The notes beneath the pieces are model-generated. The model ran no database searches, had not been told where the DNA came from, and saw only the letters and a program-made list of their open reading frames with translations. The position numbers and the translations under genes are program-made. Below, piece by piece: positions 25,349 to 34,119 of a stretch of DNA of 43,759 nucleotides. Position 1 is the stretch's first letter. Each line of letters starts with the position of its first letter. This DNA comes from a virus (lineage: Duplodnaviria; Caudoviricetes). The stretch spans positions 1-43,759 of IMG/VR virus record IMGVR_UViG_3300016263_000854. One strand, 5' to 3'.

Positions 25349-28300
25349 TGACCCTCGACATCCGCGCCAAGGTCTTCTGTGACAAGGGCACCGTCATCAG
25401 TGGCGGCTTCAGTGACGATCACGTCCAGGGCACCGGCCTAATCCGCACCCGCGGCGAAGTTGTACTCGACGGGCTAGTCACCCTTCTACCGGGTGACACC
25501 ATCAGCCTGGGGTATGAGAAAGGCAGTTACGTCGTCAACATTCCCCGCGCCCTACGGGTGTTGAGCAGCTTTGCAGACCCGTTCCGCCGCCAAACCACCG
25601 TCAGCGTCGGGTGCAAACTCACCCTCCTAGAAAACCTAAGGGAGAACATAGTTCAATCGGCTGAGGACGACCCAGCCAACGAAGGCATCCCCTGCGAAGA
25701 GCTGGCGCGGATGCCGATCAACATGAGCTTTAACTTCATCGCCAGCACCTGCCTTGAAGCCTTAGGCATAGGAGCCGAAGCGCCGTTGAACCTCGAAGGT
25801 TCCGTTGCAATCGGAAGCTTCGACTACAGCACCGGCTATGTGCAAATCCTAAGCGATATTCTCTATAGCCAGTCGAAAGTCGGATACCTGAACGCCAGTG
25901 AGCAACTGGCCATCGTCGATTTGAGCTATTTCAGCGGAACCATCCCGGTTTACGACGAAGATGATGTAATCGACGTATCACCGATTCGCAGCGGTGACAT
26001 CCCTGCTGACGTAGTGCTGGTGGAGTACAGCTACAACCGGTACAAGAAACCCGACCCAGACGAAGTTCTTGACGAAGAAAAGCGGCAGATCCGGGATTGG
26101 GAGCTAGACATCACCCAAGGTGAAGTCGAGTACACCTACATCTGGTTTAACGATGGTGACGACCTTTACACCGTCGTCCATCACCCGCTTAGCACTTCCC
26201 GAACGACATACGACGCCTTCGACCGCGCCATTGAAAGAGTCGAGGAGCGAACCACCTACGGCGCCAAAATCAACTCTGCCTACGTTACGGAATTATTGGA
26301 AGAGACAGGCACCATCCGTGATAACACCGGCGTAGCGATTGAATCAACTGTCACAACGTGGGAATACCTGTACCCCGCTGCTGCCCTGTACGTCGAGGAA
26401 GAGACATCCCCCTGCTCTTACCGCATAGGCCCAAGTTACGGCCAACAGTATGACCCAGAGCGCGACGACCCGCCGACTGCCCAAGTAACTCTGACCTATG
26501 CGAGCGACCTAGCAGTCGCTGGCGCCATCGGTTTCCAGACGTACTTCTACCCTGACGGCGAACTACACCCAGGCAACGCTCAGTACGTTGTGCAGTCCGA
26601 CCGGATTGAATACCAATCTGATGAGTTTGAGGGTTTACGCAAGGAAGTCGCATACCACCAGAAGTGTTACGCGATGACCGCACCTGGCCAGCAGGGGCTG
26701 TCCCGCATGGCCGAGGAGATCGACAGCGTTTTCGACGCTGACGCGATCCTTTCAGCCGGCGCCCAGCTGGTGAACACCGGCATCAGTGTCTCCATCAAGT
26801 ACGACAGATACGCCGGCACCCAAAAACGCCCCAGCCTTGAAAACCGTGTCAAGGAGGAGTTCTATAAGGATCCTCGGGAGAGTGTCAGCCGGACGGAGTA
26901 CATCTACGGCAACGAAGGTATTGGCACCACAACGACCTACAACATGCCGTGGGCGCCTGACGATGAGATCGAATATCAGGCTGGACATGCCGATCCGTAT
27001 GTGCTGAAGGAATCCACCGCGGTGGAACTGGCTCGAAAGTTTGGGGAAGTGCAGCAGCAGCTGACCTACGGCCACCGCATGGGCTTTGCCGTCCAGACGG
27101 TTCCCGACAAGCTCCCGGCTTACGGCGCTTCTCTCGTAACGCTGAGCTTCGGCGGCATTTTGGCTGAGTACCTCGTCAACGGCCAGAGCTGGAGCTTCGA
27201 CAGCAACGGCATCGTCACCAGCGCGGACATGTTGTATTTGGGTGGGGTTGGCGCAACCACCGAGGAGTACCGCACCCCCAGCCCCTGGTCCCCAGTGCAG
27301 AGCGGCATCACCCAACTGCCGCTGGTCTCTGAGATCACCACCAACGCGGAGCCCGCCCCGGCCAACAGCATCGAGACCCCCGTCGACTTCGATGCCAACA
27401 ACCCAGGCGACATTTTTGAGTCCCTACCCAGGGACACCGCCCCTGTCTATGCAAAGGAAGTTGAGGTGACCGCGCTAGTGCCGCCGTACCAGACGGTCGT
27501 TGTCAACAACTTCACCACCTTCCTGCGGTGCGATGTGACCCGCACTTTGATCTTCCTTCCGCTTGAAGATCGTGAGGCAGCGCCCAGCGTCAATCTTGGC
27601 GTTGGTGCGGAGCAATACTCCTACGCGCCACGCGACACAGACCCCACAGTGATCTTGGGTACATCTGTGATCAAACCAGACCAGGCTGACCGCGCAGCGA
27701 ACCCCACCATCTACGCAAGGTCAAGCGTTGAAGTTGAAGCGGCGGTGCAGTTCTCATTGCAAACAACAACCGCCGCTCCCTTAGCAGGGGCCAACCAGAC
27801 AACGACTACCCCGGCCGGCTGGACAGAGGTGTTTAGCGGTTCAGTGAACAACGACTCTGCTGGCGCGACCCGCTGGGAGATGACAGGGTTGCCGTTCAAC
27901 TTTGTGATTGACAGCGGCAGTTACACCAGCTTCTGGCTGTATCCAAGCTTGACGTTGGGCTTCGGCAGCAACATCTCCTTTACGACACCCAGCACCACCG
28001 TCCCCGCCCAACCCAAGCTGCACGTCTATGCCCGCCGCGTGCAGTACGTCAAGAAGGTCTATTCCAAGATCACTGCCAACACATACCGGATCAGGGTAGA
28101 GGCCACCGAAACAAGCACCTCCTTCCCCCGAGTGGTAGAGATCGCCTTCTTTGACCCAGCCCTATTTTCTGGTCGGACAATCGTTGAAGTGCGTGTCGGC
28201 GTCAACGGTACGACAAGCGACTTCTTTAACGCCTACAGCGCCTCTGCCGCATTAGGCAGCGGCCTGGCGTCGAAGCCCAACAACAGCAGCTATGTGTTCG

Positions 28301-28368
28301 AGAGCCTGAACGGCACAGGCACCAGCTGGTCGTTGACAAAAGACCGTCACGTCACCCCAGTCGAGTGA
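25348..28368 (+). CDS. Tail tip / baseplate hub protein
   Basis: 1006 aa, in the position after the Dit-like gene. Confidence 0.65.
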   Translation: MTLDIRAKVFCDKGTVISGGFSDDHVQGTGLIRTRGEVVLDGLVTLLPGDTISLGYEKGSYVVNIPRALRVLSSFADPFRRQTTVSVGCKLTLLENLRENIVQSAEDDPANEGIPCEELARMPINMSFNFIASTCLEALGIGAEAPLNLEGSVAIGSFDYSTGYVQILSDILYSQSKVGYLNASEQLAIVDLSYFSGTIPVYDEDDVIDVSPIRSGDIPADVVLVEYSYNRYKKPDPDEVLDEEKRQIRDWELDITQGEVEYTYIWFNDGDDLYTVVHHPLSTSRTTYDAFDRAIERVEERTTYGAKINSAYVTELLEETGTIRDNTGVAIESTVTTWEYLYPAAALYVEEETSPCSYRIGPSYGQQYDPERDDPPTAQVTLTYASDLAVAGAIGFQTYFYPDGELHPGNAQYVVQSDRIEYQSDEFEGLRKEVAYHQKCYAMTAPGQQGLSRMAEEIDSVFDADAILSAGAQLVNTGISVSIKYDRYAGTQKRPSLENRVKEEFYKDPRESVSRTEYIYGNEGIGTTTTYNMPWAPDDEIEYQAGHADPYVLKESTAVELARKFGEVQQQLTYGHRMGFAVQTVPDKLPAYGASLVTLSFGGILAEYLVNGQSWSFDSNGIVTSADMLYLGGVGATTEEYRTPSPWSPVQSGITQLPLVSEITTNAEPAPANSIETPVDFDANNPGDIFESLPRDTAPVYAKEVEVTALVPPYQTVVVNNFTTFLRCDVTRTLIFLPLEDREAAPSVNLGVGAEQYSYAPRDTDPTVILGTSVIKPDQADRAANPTIYARSSVEVEAAVQFSLQTTTAAPLAGANQTTTTPAGWTEVFSGSVNNDSAGATRWEMTGLPFNFVIDSGSYTSFWLYPSLTLGFGSNISFTTPSTTVPAQPKLHVYARRVQYVKKVYSKITANTYRIRVEATETSTSFPRVVEIAFFDPALFSGRTIVEVRVGVNGTTSDFFNAYSASAALGSGLASKPNNSSYVFESLNGTGTSWSLTKDRHVTPVE

Positions 28369-28373
28369 CCCCA

Positions 28374-28383
28374 GGAAAACTAG
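28374..28383 (+). promoter_or_regulatory. Late-gene motif GGAAAACTAG
   Basis: 18 nt before 28402. Confidence 0.7.
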
Positions 28384-28401
28384 GTGTAACTGCCCACGGA
28401 C

Positions 28402-28809
28402 ATGGCGATCACAACGACGGTTAGCCAAGCGGAACTTGCTCGGGTAGGTGCCACCTCCTACGAAGGCAAGACGTACCGCATCAGCCTGGCGAACAACACC
28501 ACCAGCCTGACTGCCAACAGCACCGTGGCCCAGTGGGACGCTGCCAAGATCAGCGGGGGCGGCTATGCCGATGTCACCGGCACCATTGGCGCGGGCAGCT
28601 ACAGCGCGACCACTGCCCGCTTTGAGCTTCCCCAGATCTCGGTGACGTTCACAGCAAACGGCGGCAACTGGAACTACAACACGCTGTATGTCGTGATTAC
28701 GGACGGCGCTACCAGCACGCTGCATAGCGTGGTGGTCGAGAACCCCTCTGTGACTTTGGTGGACGGCGGTTCAATTACTTACCGCATCACTTTGAACACC
28801 GACGACTGA
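28402..28809 (+). CDS. Virion structural protein (beta-rich)
   Basis: T/S/G-rich, containing GGGYA; tail region. Confidence 0.65.
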   Translation: MAITTTVSQAELARVGATSYEGKTYRISLANNTTSLTANSTVAQWDAAKISGGGYADVTGTIGAGSYSATTARFELPQISVTFTANGGNWNYNTLYVVITDGATSTLHSVVVENPSVTLVDGGSITYRITLNTDD

Positions 28810-30293
28810 TGCCACGGCTCGGTCTGGACATCAACCTCGGCTTACAGCACCTGCTGGGCACCAATAAAGAGCGTGCAGCCGCCAACCGCTACGAGCTAGA
28901 GGACCGCAAGAAACGCAAAGCTGTCGCAGCGCGGAACGCCGAGGCAGCAGCTGCTGCAACGGCAGCTGCGGAGGAAGAGCCACGCGGCAGCGTCCCCGAC
29001 CTCTACAGCCCCGACGAGCCAACGGCTAGACGGCGCAAGAAAAAGGGGGTGGAGGTGTACGGCGTAGACCTGACCGCAAAGCGAGCAGTTGCCGGCACAC
29101 AAACAACCGGCTCAGAGAGCTGGACCGGCTACCGCCTCAGCTATGCGTACAACTACGCCACCGACCCCAACACGCTGATCTACTCAACAACAACGCCGTA
29201 CCAAGGGTTAAACCAATACACACTGCAAGACACAGTTTGGAAGCCGGAGTTCAACCAAGAACTAACGGGCACCCGCCGCTACTGGCTAAGCCCTGGCCAC
29301 ACAGTCACCGACCACCTACTCGCGTTTGACTGGACGTTCCGCCAAAAGTCACTTGGCACTTCGGGTGGCTTTAGCAGCCTTGAGCAGCAAGCAATCATAG
29401 GTTCACTGCCCTTTGACCTCACAGATACACGTGTAGTTGATGAAAGCGTGCGCTACGCCGGCACGTCAGACATCAACCGCACGTTCACAAGTTGCGACGG
29501 CACCTACATCTACCACTCACGCCTAATCCAGGTCCGAGATCCCCTGCCGGTAATTTTTGCAGGCAGGGTAGGTGCGGGTGACAGCCTATTTGACGCCGAC
29601 AACTACGAAACCTTCAAGCTAACCCCAGTCTCACGCCCCGGCACTGAGGAGGAATACCAAGACGCTGAGGCTTATAGCCGGCGGTTCATACGCAGCCACC
29701 CCACATACGGTGATCTTCTGTGGCGTGAAACAGCACCAACAATAGATCAAGGCTCGTACAGCACCGACACATGGGTGGGCTTGTACTGGAAGTTCAACAC
29801 GCGCACAAGGCAACCTGTGGAGTATCGGTCGGCCACCGTTGGCCTGCTAAACAACAGGCACAGCGATGCCATGCGGTCCGCTGCTGCAGTGCTCTTTTTC
29901 GGGTCTATGGACCCCGCTGATCCGGTTTACCTCTTATGGCAAAGCCACACCAGCAGTTACCCCGCCGTCAGCGATTCTGATCTATTGGATCTTTGGTTTG
30001 AGTTCGATAGCTTCTTAGGCCGGTGGCCTGCGGGGTTGGCATACGACACAGTGCGCGGGTGGCTAACGCTAGTAACAACCCCATCGGGAACTAGCACTCA
30101 ACGGGTGTTTTCCAAAAAAGTCACCACACCCCCTGCTGATTACGCAAGCATCCCACCACTGTTTCTACCCGCCGGCTACACGGAATCGCTGACAACCGTT
30201 GAGCAGTACGTTGCTAATGGTTGGACAGACGAGGGACAAGTACCGCAGAACTCTTTAGACCCTATGGAGCAGTATTTCGCTTTTAAGCCATGA
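28809..30293 (+). CDS. Putative tail/virion protein
   Basis: 494-aa ORF, TGATG-coupled. Confidence 0.6.
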   Translation: MPRLGLDINLGLQHLLGTNKERAAANRYELEDRKKRKAVAARNAEAAAAATAAAEEEPRGSVPDLYSPDEPTARRRKKKGVEVYGVDLTAKRAVAGTQTTGSESWTGYRLSYAYNYATDPNTLIYSTTTPYQGLNQYTLQDTVWKPEFNQELTGTRRYWLSPGHTVTDHLLAFDWTFRQKSLGTSGGFSSLEQQAIIGSLPFDLTDTRVVDESVRYAGTSDINRTFTSCDGTYIYHSRLIQVRDPLPVIFAGRVGAGDSLFDADNYETFKLTPVSRPGTEEEYQDAEAYSRRFIRSHPTYGDLLWRETAPTIDQGSYSTDTWVGLYWKFNTRTRQPVEYRSATVGLLNNRHSDAMRSAAAVLFFGSMDPADPVYLLWQSHTSSYPAVSDSDLLDLWFEFDSFLGRWPAGLAYDTVRGWLTLVTTPSGTSTQRVFSKKVTTPPADYASIPPLFLPAGYTESLTTVEQYVANGWTDEGQVPQNSLDPMEQYFAFKP

Positions 30294-30445
30294 GCACCAC
30301 CGCCCCGATCAGCCGTGAGCTACTGCAGGCCCTGCAGCTTCGTGCCAGCGCAAACCGGGCTGCGTTAGCGCGTCGTCAAGCAGACGCCCGCGCGGCGGCT
30401 ACCGCTGCCGCTAAAGCGAAAAGCGCCTCCCAAAACGCTAGCTAA
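30290..30445 (+). CDS. Small Ala/Arg-rich protein (51 aa)
   Basis: Not in the track. MSTTAPISRELLQALQLRASANRAAL...*, with an ATGA overlap. Confidence 0.55.
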   Translation: MSTTAPISRELLQALQLRASANRAALARRQADARAAATAAAKAKSASQNAS

Positions 30446-30473
30446 CATTTATATACCTACATAAACCAACTGC

Positions 30474-31103
30474 GTGGCAACGCTCCCCTTTCTGACGCCA
30501 CCGGCAGCGCCCACCACCCGCGATGTAGGCAATAGCGATTCCGGCGTCTTGCGTTTCCCCGTGCTCGGCGGACTGACGGTGCAGGAGAGCATCACCATTG
30601 ACGAACTGTTGGCCGAGCGCCCCAACGCTTTCGTCGAGGCCGCGAAGGTCGCCACCACGATCAGCACCGCCGAAAGCATCACCGCCGTCGAAGCGTTCAC
30701 GGTGATTGAACGCGCCGTGGGCACTCAAGATCTAGAGCCCGACGCTCAGGCCCTGCGCCTGAAATACGCCGAGCAGATCAACCACGTCATTCGCGTCTTT
30801 AGCACCAGCAACCAACACACCACTGACGCCGCGGTGACCGCTCTGATTCGTTGCCGTCTTGACCGCCCAGACTGGAGCGTGGAGGACACCCACCGCCTCC
30901 ACCGCCGGCTGCGCACCGACATTTACAACCTGTACCTCGACGAGCTGGACGCCGAGAACAACCCTGCGTCGCCGGTGACTGAAGAGGAGCTGGGAAAGCC
31001 GCTGCCGGCCTCTGGGCGCCGGCCAAAACGAACTGGGCCGAAATCGCCCACGACCTCTTCTACTTCTACCCCGGCCAATACAGCCGCAGCACTTTCCACC
31101 TAG
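30474..31103 (+). CDS. Tail assembly chaperone (lambda gpG-like)
   Basis: Ends EELGK followed by a low-complexity tail; in-frame slippery G GGA AAG at 30992-30998. Confidence 0.78.
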   Translation: MATLPFLTPPAAPTTRDVGNSDSGVLRFPVLGGLTVQESITIDELLAERPNAFVEAAKVATTISTAESITAVEAFTVIERAVGTQDLEPDAQALRLKYAEQINHVIRVFSTSNQHTTDAAVTALIRCRLDRPDWSVEDTHRLHRRLRTDIYNLYLDELDAENNPASPVTEEELGKPLPASGRRPKRTGPKSPTTSSTSTPANTAAALST

Positions 31104-31639
31104 AGCTGCGTCGCGCTGTGTTGTGCAGCTGGGAGCACCAGCAGCGCATCGAGGTTGAGCAGCTCCGCCGCATGGAGCTGCCCCTCGCCTGCTTCCAATC
31201 GCTGTTCGCCAACGCCAACCGCGACAGCAAGACCAAGCCGTTCACGCCCGATGACTTCACCGTCTTCAAGCGGGGCAGCAACGACGAAAGCCGCATCACC
31301 CCAGCAACTGCGGCAGCGCTGATTGCGCTCCAGGCGGACGGCGAGCTGCACCCGCTGTTACTGAGCTGCTGGTCGGATGCAATCAGCAGCCCGACCGCTG
31401 CACCCACCCCGGAAGTGCGTGCGCTGGTCTCCGACGACCGCACTGTGTGGGTCGTCGCGCCTGTCTGGGAGGGCAACAACGTGCGCGGACTTGTCTGCGT
31501 GGCCGACTTCGTATTCGGCCCTGTGCGCTTGCGCGACATTGACCGCCGCCTGATGAGCTACGAAGTAGTGCTACCCAAGCGCAACAACGCCGCTGCCGGC
31601 TGGATCGAAGCCGGCCACTTGCTTTTGGGGGCAACCTAA
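30992..31639 (+). CDS. Tail assembly chaperone gpGT extension (-1 frameshift)
   Basis: The -1 frame is open from the slippery site (AAAGLWAPAKTNWAEIAHDLFYFYPGQY...) and runs into track ORF 31118..31639. Confidence 0.78.
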   Translation, partial: GKAAAGLWAPAKTNWAEIAHDLFYFYPGQYSRSTFHLELRRAVLCSWEHQQRIEVEQLRRMELPLACFQSLFANANRDSKTKPFTPDDFTVFKRGSNDESRITPATAAALIALQADGELHPLLLSCWSDAISSPTAAPTPEVRALVSDDRTVWVVAPVWEGNNVRGLVCVADFVFGPVRLRDIDRRLMSYEVVLPKRNNAAAGWIEAGHLLLGAT

Positions 31640-31642
31640 GAC

Positions 31643-32053
31643 ATGGATTTGCTCACCCTGCGAGAAGAGCTGGAGACGCTTTTGGCGGATGAGCTGGGCG
31701 TCTACACGCTGGCGAACGGCATCACCACCCCAGCCATCAGCGTCCGCGCCGTTGGGGAGTTGACCCCCGCTCGAACCATGGTGAGCGGGCTGGAGTGCGT
31801 GATCCAAAAGCAACCCGACCTTACGCCTGTACGCCAGTACGATCCCGGTCCGGCGTTTCGTCGCTACACGCTGTACCTAATCAGCTGGGGCTCCACGGAT
31901 CTGAGCGCTGTGGCGCAGATGGTGGTCCGCCATTTCTACACAGCGGTTGCCGCAGAAATACGCCAGCTACAAGTCCCGCCTGGACTTGGGCCGCAAGACC
32001 AAATGCGCCTATCGCTCCAGTTCAACCCCGAACCTGAGGAGGTGGCCGCATGA
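31643..32053 (+). CDS. Putative tail terminator/completion protein
   Basis: 136 aa, LREELETLL...TPAISV pattern; function inferred from size and context. Confidence 0.5.
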   Translation: MDLLTLREELETLLADELGVYTLANGITTPAISVRAVGELTPARTMVSGLECVIQKQPDLTPVRQYDPGPAFRRYTLYLISWGSTDLSAVAQMVVRHFYTAVAAEIRQLQVPPGLGPQDQMRLSLQFNPEPEEVAA

Positions 32054-32388
32054 ACCCCAGCATTTACAACATCCGCCCCCAGCGCCGTGCTGACTTTGTT
32101 CTGAGCCTTGGCCTGAAGGACAGCGAAGGCGATGTGCTCAACATCACCGGTTGGACAGTCCTTGCCCAGGTATGGAATAAGGAGCGCACTACCAAATACG
32201 GCGACTTCACTGTCGCCATTACCGACGCAACGACTGGCGCGGTCACGCTCACGCTGCCTTACACCGTCACCACAGTGCTGCCTGCCGAGGCGCGGTACGA
32301 CGTGATGCTGATCAACCCCGCCGGCCTGCGCGAGTATTACCTCGAAGGAATCGTTCGCCCCAGTGAGGGCTACACCGCGCCGGCGTAA
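32050..32388 (+). CDS. BppU/LtfC-like beta-sandwich virion protein
   Basis: NITGWTV.AQV...TG.VTLTL...YDV.L......YYLEG. Confidence 0.7.
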   Translation: MNPSIYNIRPQRRADFVLSLGLKDSEGDVLNITGWTVLAQVWNKERTTKYGDFTVAITDATTGAVTLTLPYTVTTVLPAEARYDVMLINPAGLREYYLEGIVRPSEGYTAPA

Positions 32389-32391
32389 GCG

Positions 32392-32646
32392 ATGACTGTC
32401 AACATCCAGCCTCAGACCGTTGCCACAGTCGAGATCACCGAGGGTGACACGGTGCTTGTCACCGAGACTGTGCGAGAGGTCATTGAGGTAGCAATGCCTG
32501 GCCCAGCTGGGCCTGCAGGGGCAGACGGCGAAGCTGGCGTTGGCGTCCCCACTGGCGGTGACCCCGGCAATGTGCTGCTCAAAAGCGGCTACGGAAACTA
32601 CGAAAGCGAATGGAGCGCTGTTGTGGACGGCGGCACGTTTGCGTAA
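32392..32646 (+). CDS. Short collagen-like fibre protein
   Basis: GPAGPAGADGEAG, GVPTGG..G.VL.K and C-terminal DGGTF. Confidence 0.7.
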   Translation: MTVNIQPQTVATVEITEGDTVLVTETVREVIEVAMPGPAGPAGADGEAGVGVPTGGDPGNVLLKSGYGNYESEWSAVVDGGTFA

Positions 32647-32650
32647 GCGG

Positions 32651-32660
32651 GGCAACTTAG
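32651..32660 (+). promoter_or_regulatory. Late-gene motif GGCAACTTAG
   Basis: 22 nt before 32683. Confidence 0.75.
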
Positions 32661-32682
32661 GGACAACCAAAGCCGTGTAGTA

Positions 32683-33138
32683 ATGGCACGCCTCCAGCTC
32701 AAGCGTGGTCTCAAGGCCAACCTGCCCACCACCGGGATGCTGGCGGGTGAGCCGCACATCACCACCGACCGCGGCACGCTGCACGTCGCCACTGACGCCA
32801 CTACCAAGCTGCCGGTTGTCCCCGCGATTGACGACCTCAGCACTCTGGCTGCAGTTGACGGCGCAAGCGACCTGCTGATCATCCACGACGCCAGCGAGTC
32901 TGGCGCCCAGAAAGAGAAGAAGATCACCTTTGACTCTTTTAAGACAGCGCTCAACATCCCCGCTGCCAGCACTGACGAGAAGGTGGCTGTGGTGAGCGGC
33001 GGCACCGCCGGCTACATCTGGGGAACTGATGGCACCAACGGCGTGATCCGCTTGAACAGCTCCCTGAGCTGGACAAAGGACGCAGGCAATGGCTACGTCA
33101 CCATCGCGGTTGACACCGTGGATGGCGGAAGCTTCTGA
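32683..33138 (+). CDS. Fibre protein with Mtd_N-like N-terminus
   Basis: RLQLKRG...LAGEP..TTD...L.V; C-terminal DGGSF. Confidence 0.7.
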   Translation: MARLQLKRGLKANLPTTGMLAGEPHITTDRGTLHVATDATTKLPVVPAIDDLSTLAAVDGASDLLIIHDASESGAQKEKKITFDSFKTALNIPAASTDEKVAVVSGGTAGYIWGTDGTNGVIRLNSSLSWTKDAGNGYVTIAVDTVDGGSF

Positions 33139-33140
33139 TC

Positions 33141-33150
33141 GGCAACTTAG
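33141..33150 (+). promoter_or_regulatory. Late-gene motif GGCAACTTAG
   Basis: 35 nt before 33186. Confidence 0.75.
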
Positions 33151-33185
33151 GGCGTCCGGCTAGATAGCCACGCAAGGACTGCCTG

Positions 33186-33506
33186 ATGGCCAATCTGATC
33201 AAGCTGAAACGATCAGCGGTTGCCGGCAAGGCGCCGGCGGTCGGTGATTTGGAATTGGGTGAGCTTGCGCTCAACACCTACGACGGCAAGCTCTACACCA
33301 AGAAAGACAACGGCACCGCCAGCATCGTTGAACTATCAGGTGGCGGCGGCGGTGGTGGTGGGCCGATTGCTGAAACCGCGCAGGTGATCAGTCAGAACAT
33401 CACCCTGAACACCGGCAGCAATGGATTGTCTGTTGGCCCGGTTGAGGTGGCAGCAACTTATGCAGTCACCGTTCCTGATAACGCTACCTGGATGGTGCTC
33501 TCCTAA
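33186..33506 (+). CDS. Fibre protein
   Basis: IKLKRSAVAGKAP...LELGELALNTYDGKLY; C-terminal GP...VTVP..ATW. Confidence 0.72.
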   Translation: MANLIKLKRSAVAGKAPAVGDLELGELALNTYDGKLYTKKDNGTASIVELSGGGGGGGGPIAETAQVISQNITLNTGSNGLSVGPVEVAATYAVTVPDNATWMVLS

Positions 33507-33976
33507 TGGCTTACGGATCTGTCAAGGTTGACTCAATTGTCACCAGCACCAAGACGGTCACGGTTGACAATTTGCTGAGCACCAGCGCTGTCGGCAGCAG
33601 CGTGCAGGCGTATGACGCTGACACGGCCAAGACCGATGTAGTGCAGAGCTTCACCGCAGCCCAGCGTGGAGCCGTGACCGCGCTCACCAGTGCCTCAACG
33701 GTGACCGCCGATTTTGCTGTCGCCAACAACTTCAGCCTCACCCTCGCTCATAACATCACCCTCGCCAACCCCAGCAACCTCACTGCAGGGCAAAGCGGTG
33801 TGATTGTGATCACGCAGGGCTCCGGCACCGCCTACACCGTGGCCTATGGCTCGGCGTGGAAGTTTTCAGGCGGGACGCCAACGATGAGCACGGCGCTAAG
33901 CAGCGTTTCAACGCTGGCTTACTACGTCGAAAGTGCAAGCCGCATCACTGCCCAACTGATCACGAGCGTCGCCTGA
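33506..33976 (+). CDS. Tail fibre protein
   Basis: VQAYDADTAK.DV.QSFTAAQRG...NNFSLTL...LANPSNL.AGQSG. Confidence 0.75.
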   Translation: MAYGSVKVDSIVTSTKTVTVDNLLSTSAVGSSVQAYDADTAKTDVVQSFTAAQRGAVTALTSASTVTADFAVANNFSLTLAHNITLANPSNLTAGQSGVIVITQGSGTAYTVAYGSAWKFSGGTPTMSTALSSVSTLAYYVESASRITAQLITSVA

Positions 33977-34119
33977 TGACCGTCCCCGGCTCCGCTAATC
34001 CCCTGCTGCTGAAGAGCGCAGGTTCATCGCAATATCTCGTGGAGAGATCATTGAGATTCTCCTCAAGTGACAGTGGTTTCGACTGCCGCAATAACAACAG
34101 CAAGGAGGAGATCCAATGA
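33976..34119 (+). pseudogene. Orphan N-terminal stub of a tail-fibre/receptor-binding protein (47 aa)
   Basis: MTVPGSANPLLL...YLVERSLRFSSSDS followed by unrelated residues and a stop. Its N-terminus resembles that of the next gene (MSIPGAAIPLLL). Confidence 0.6.
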
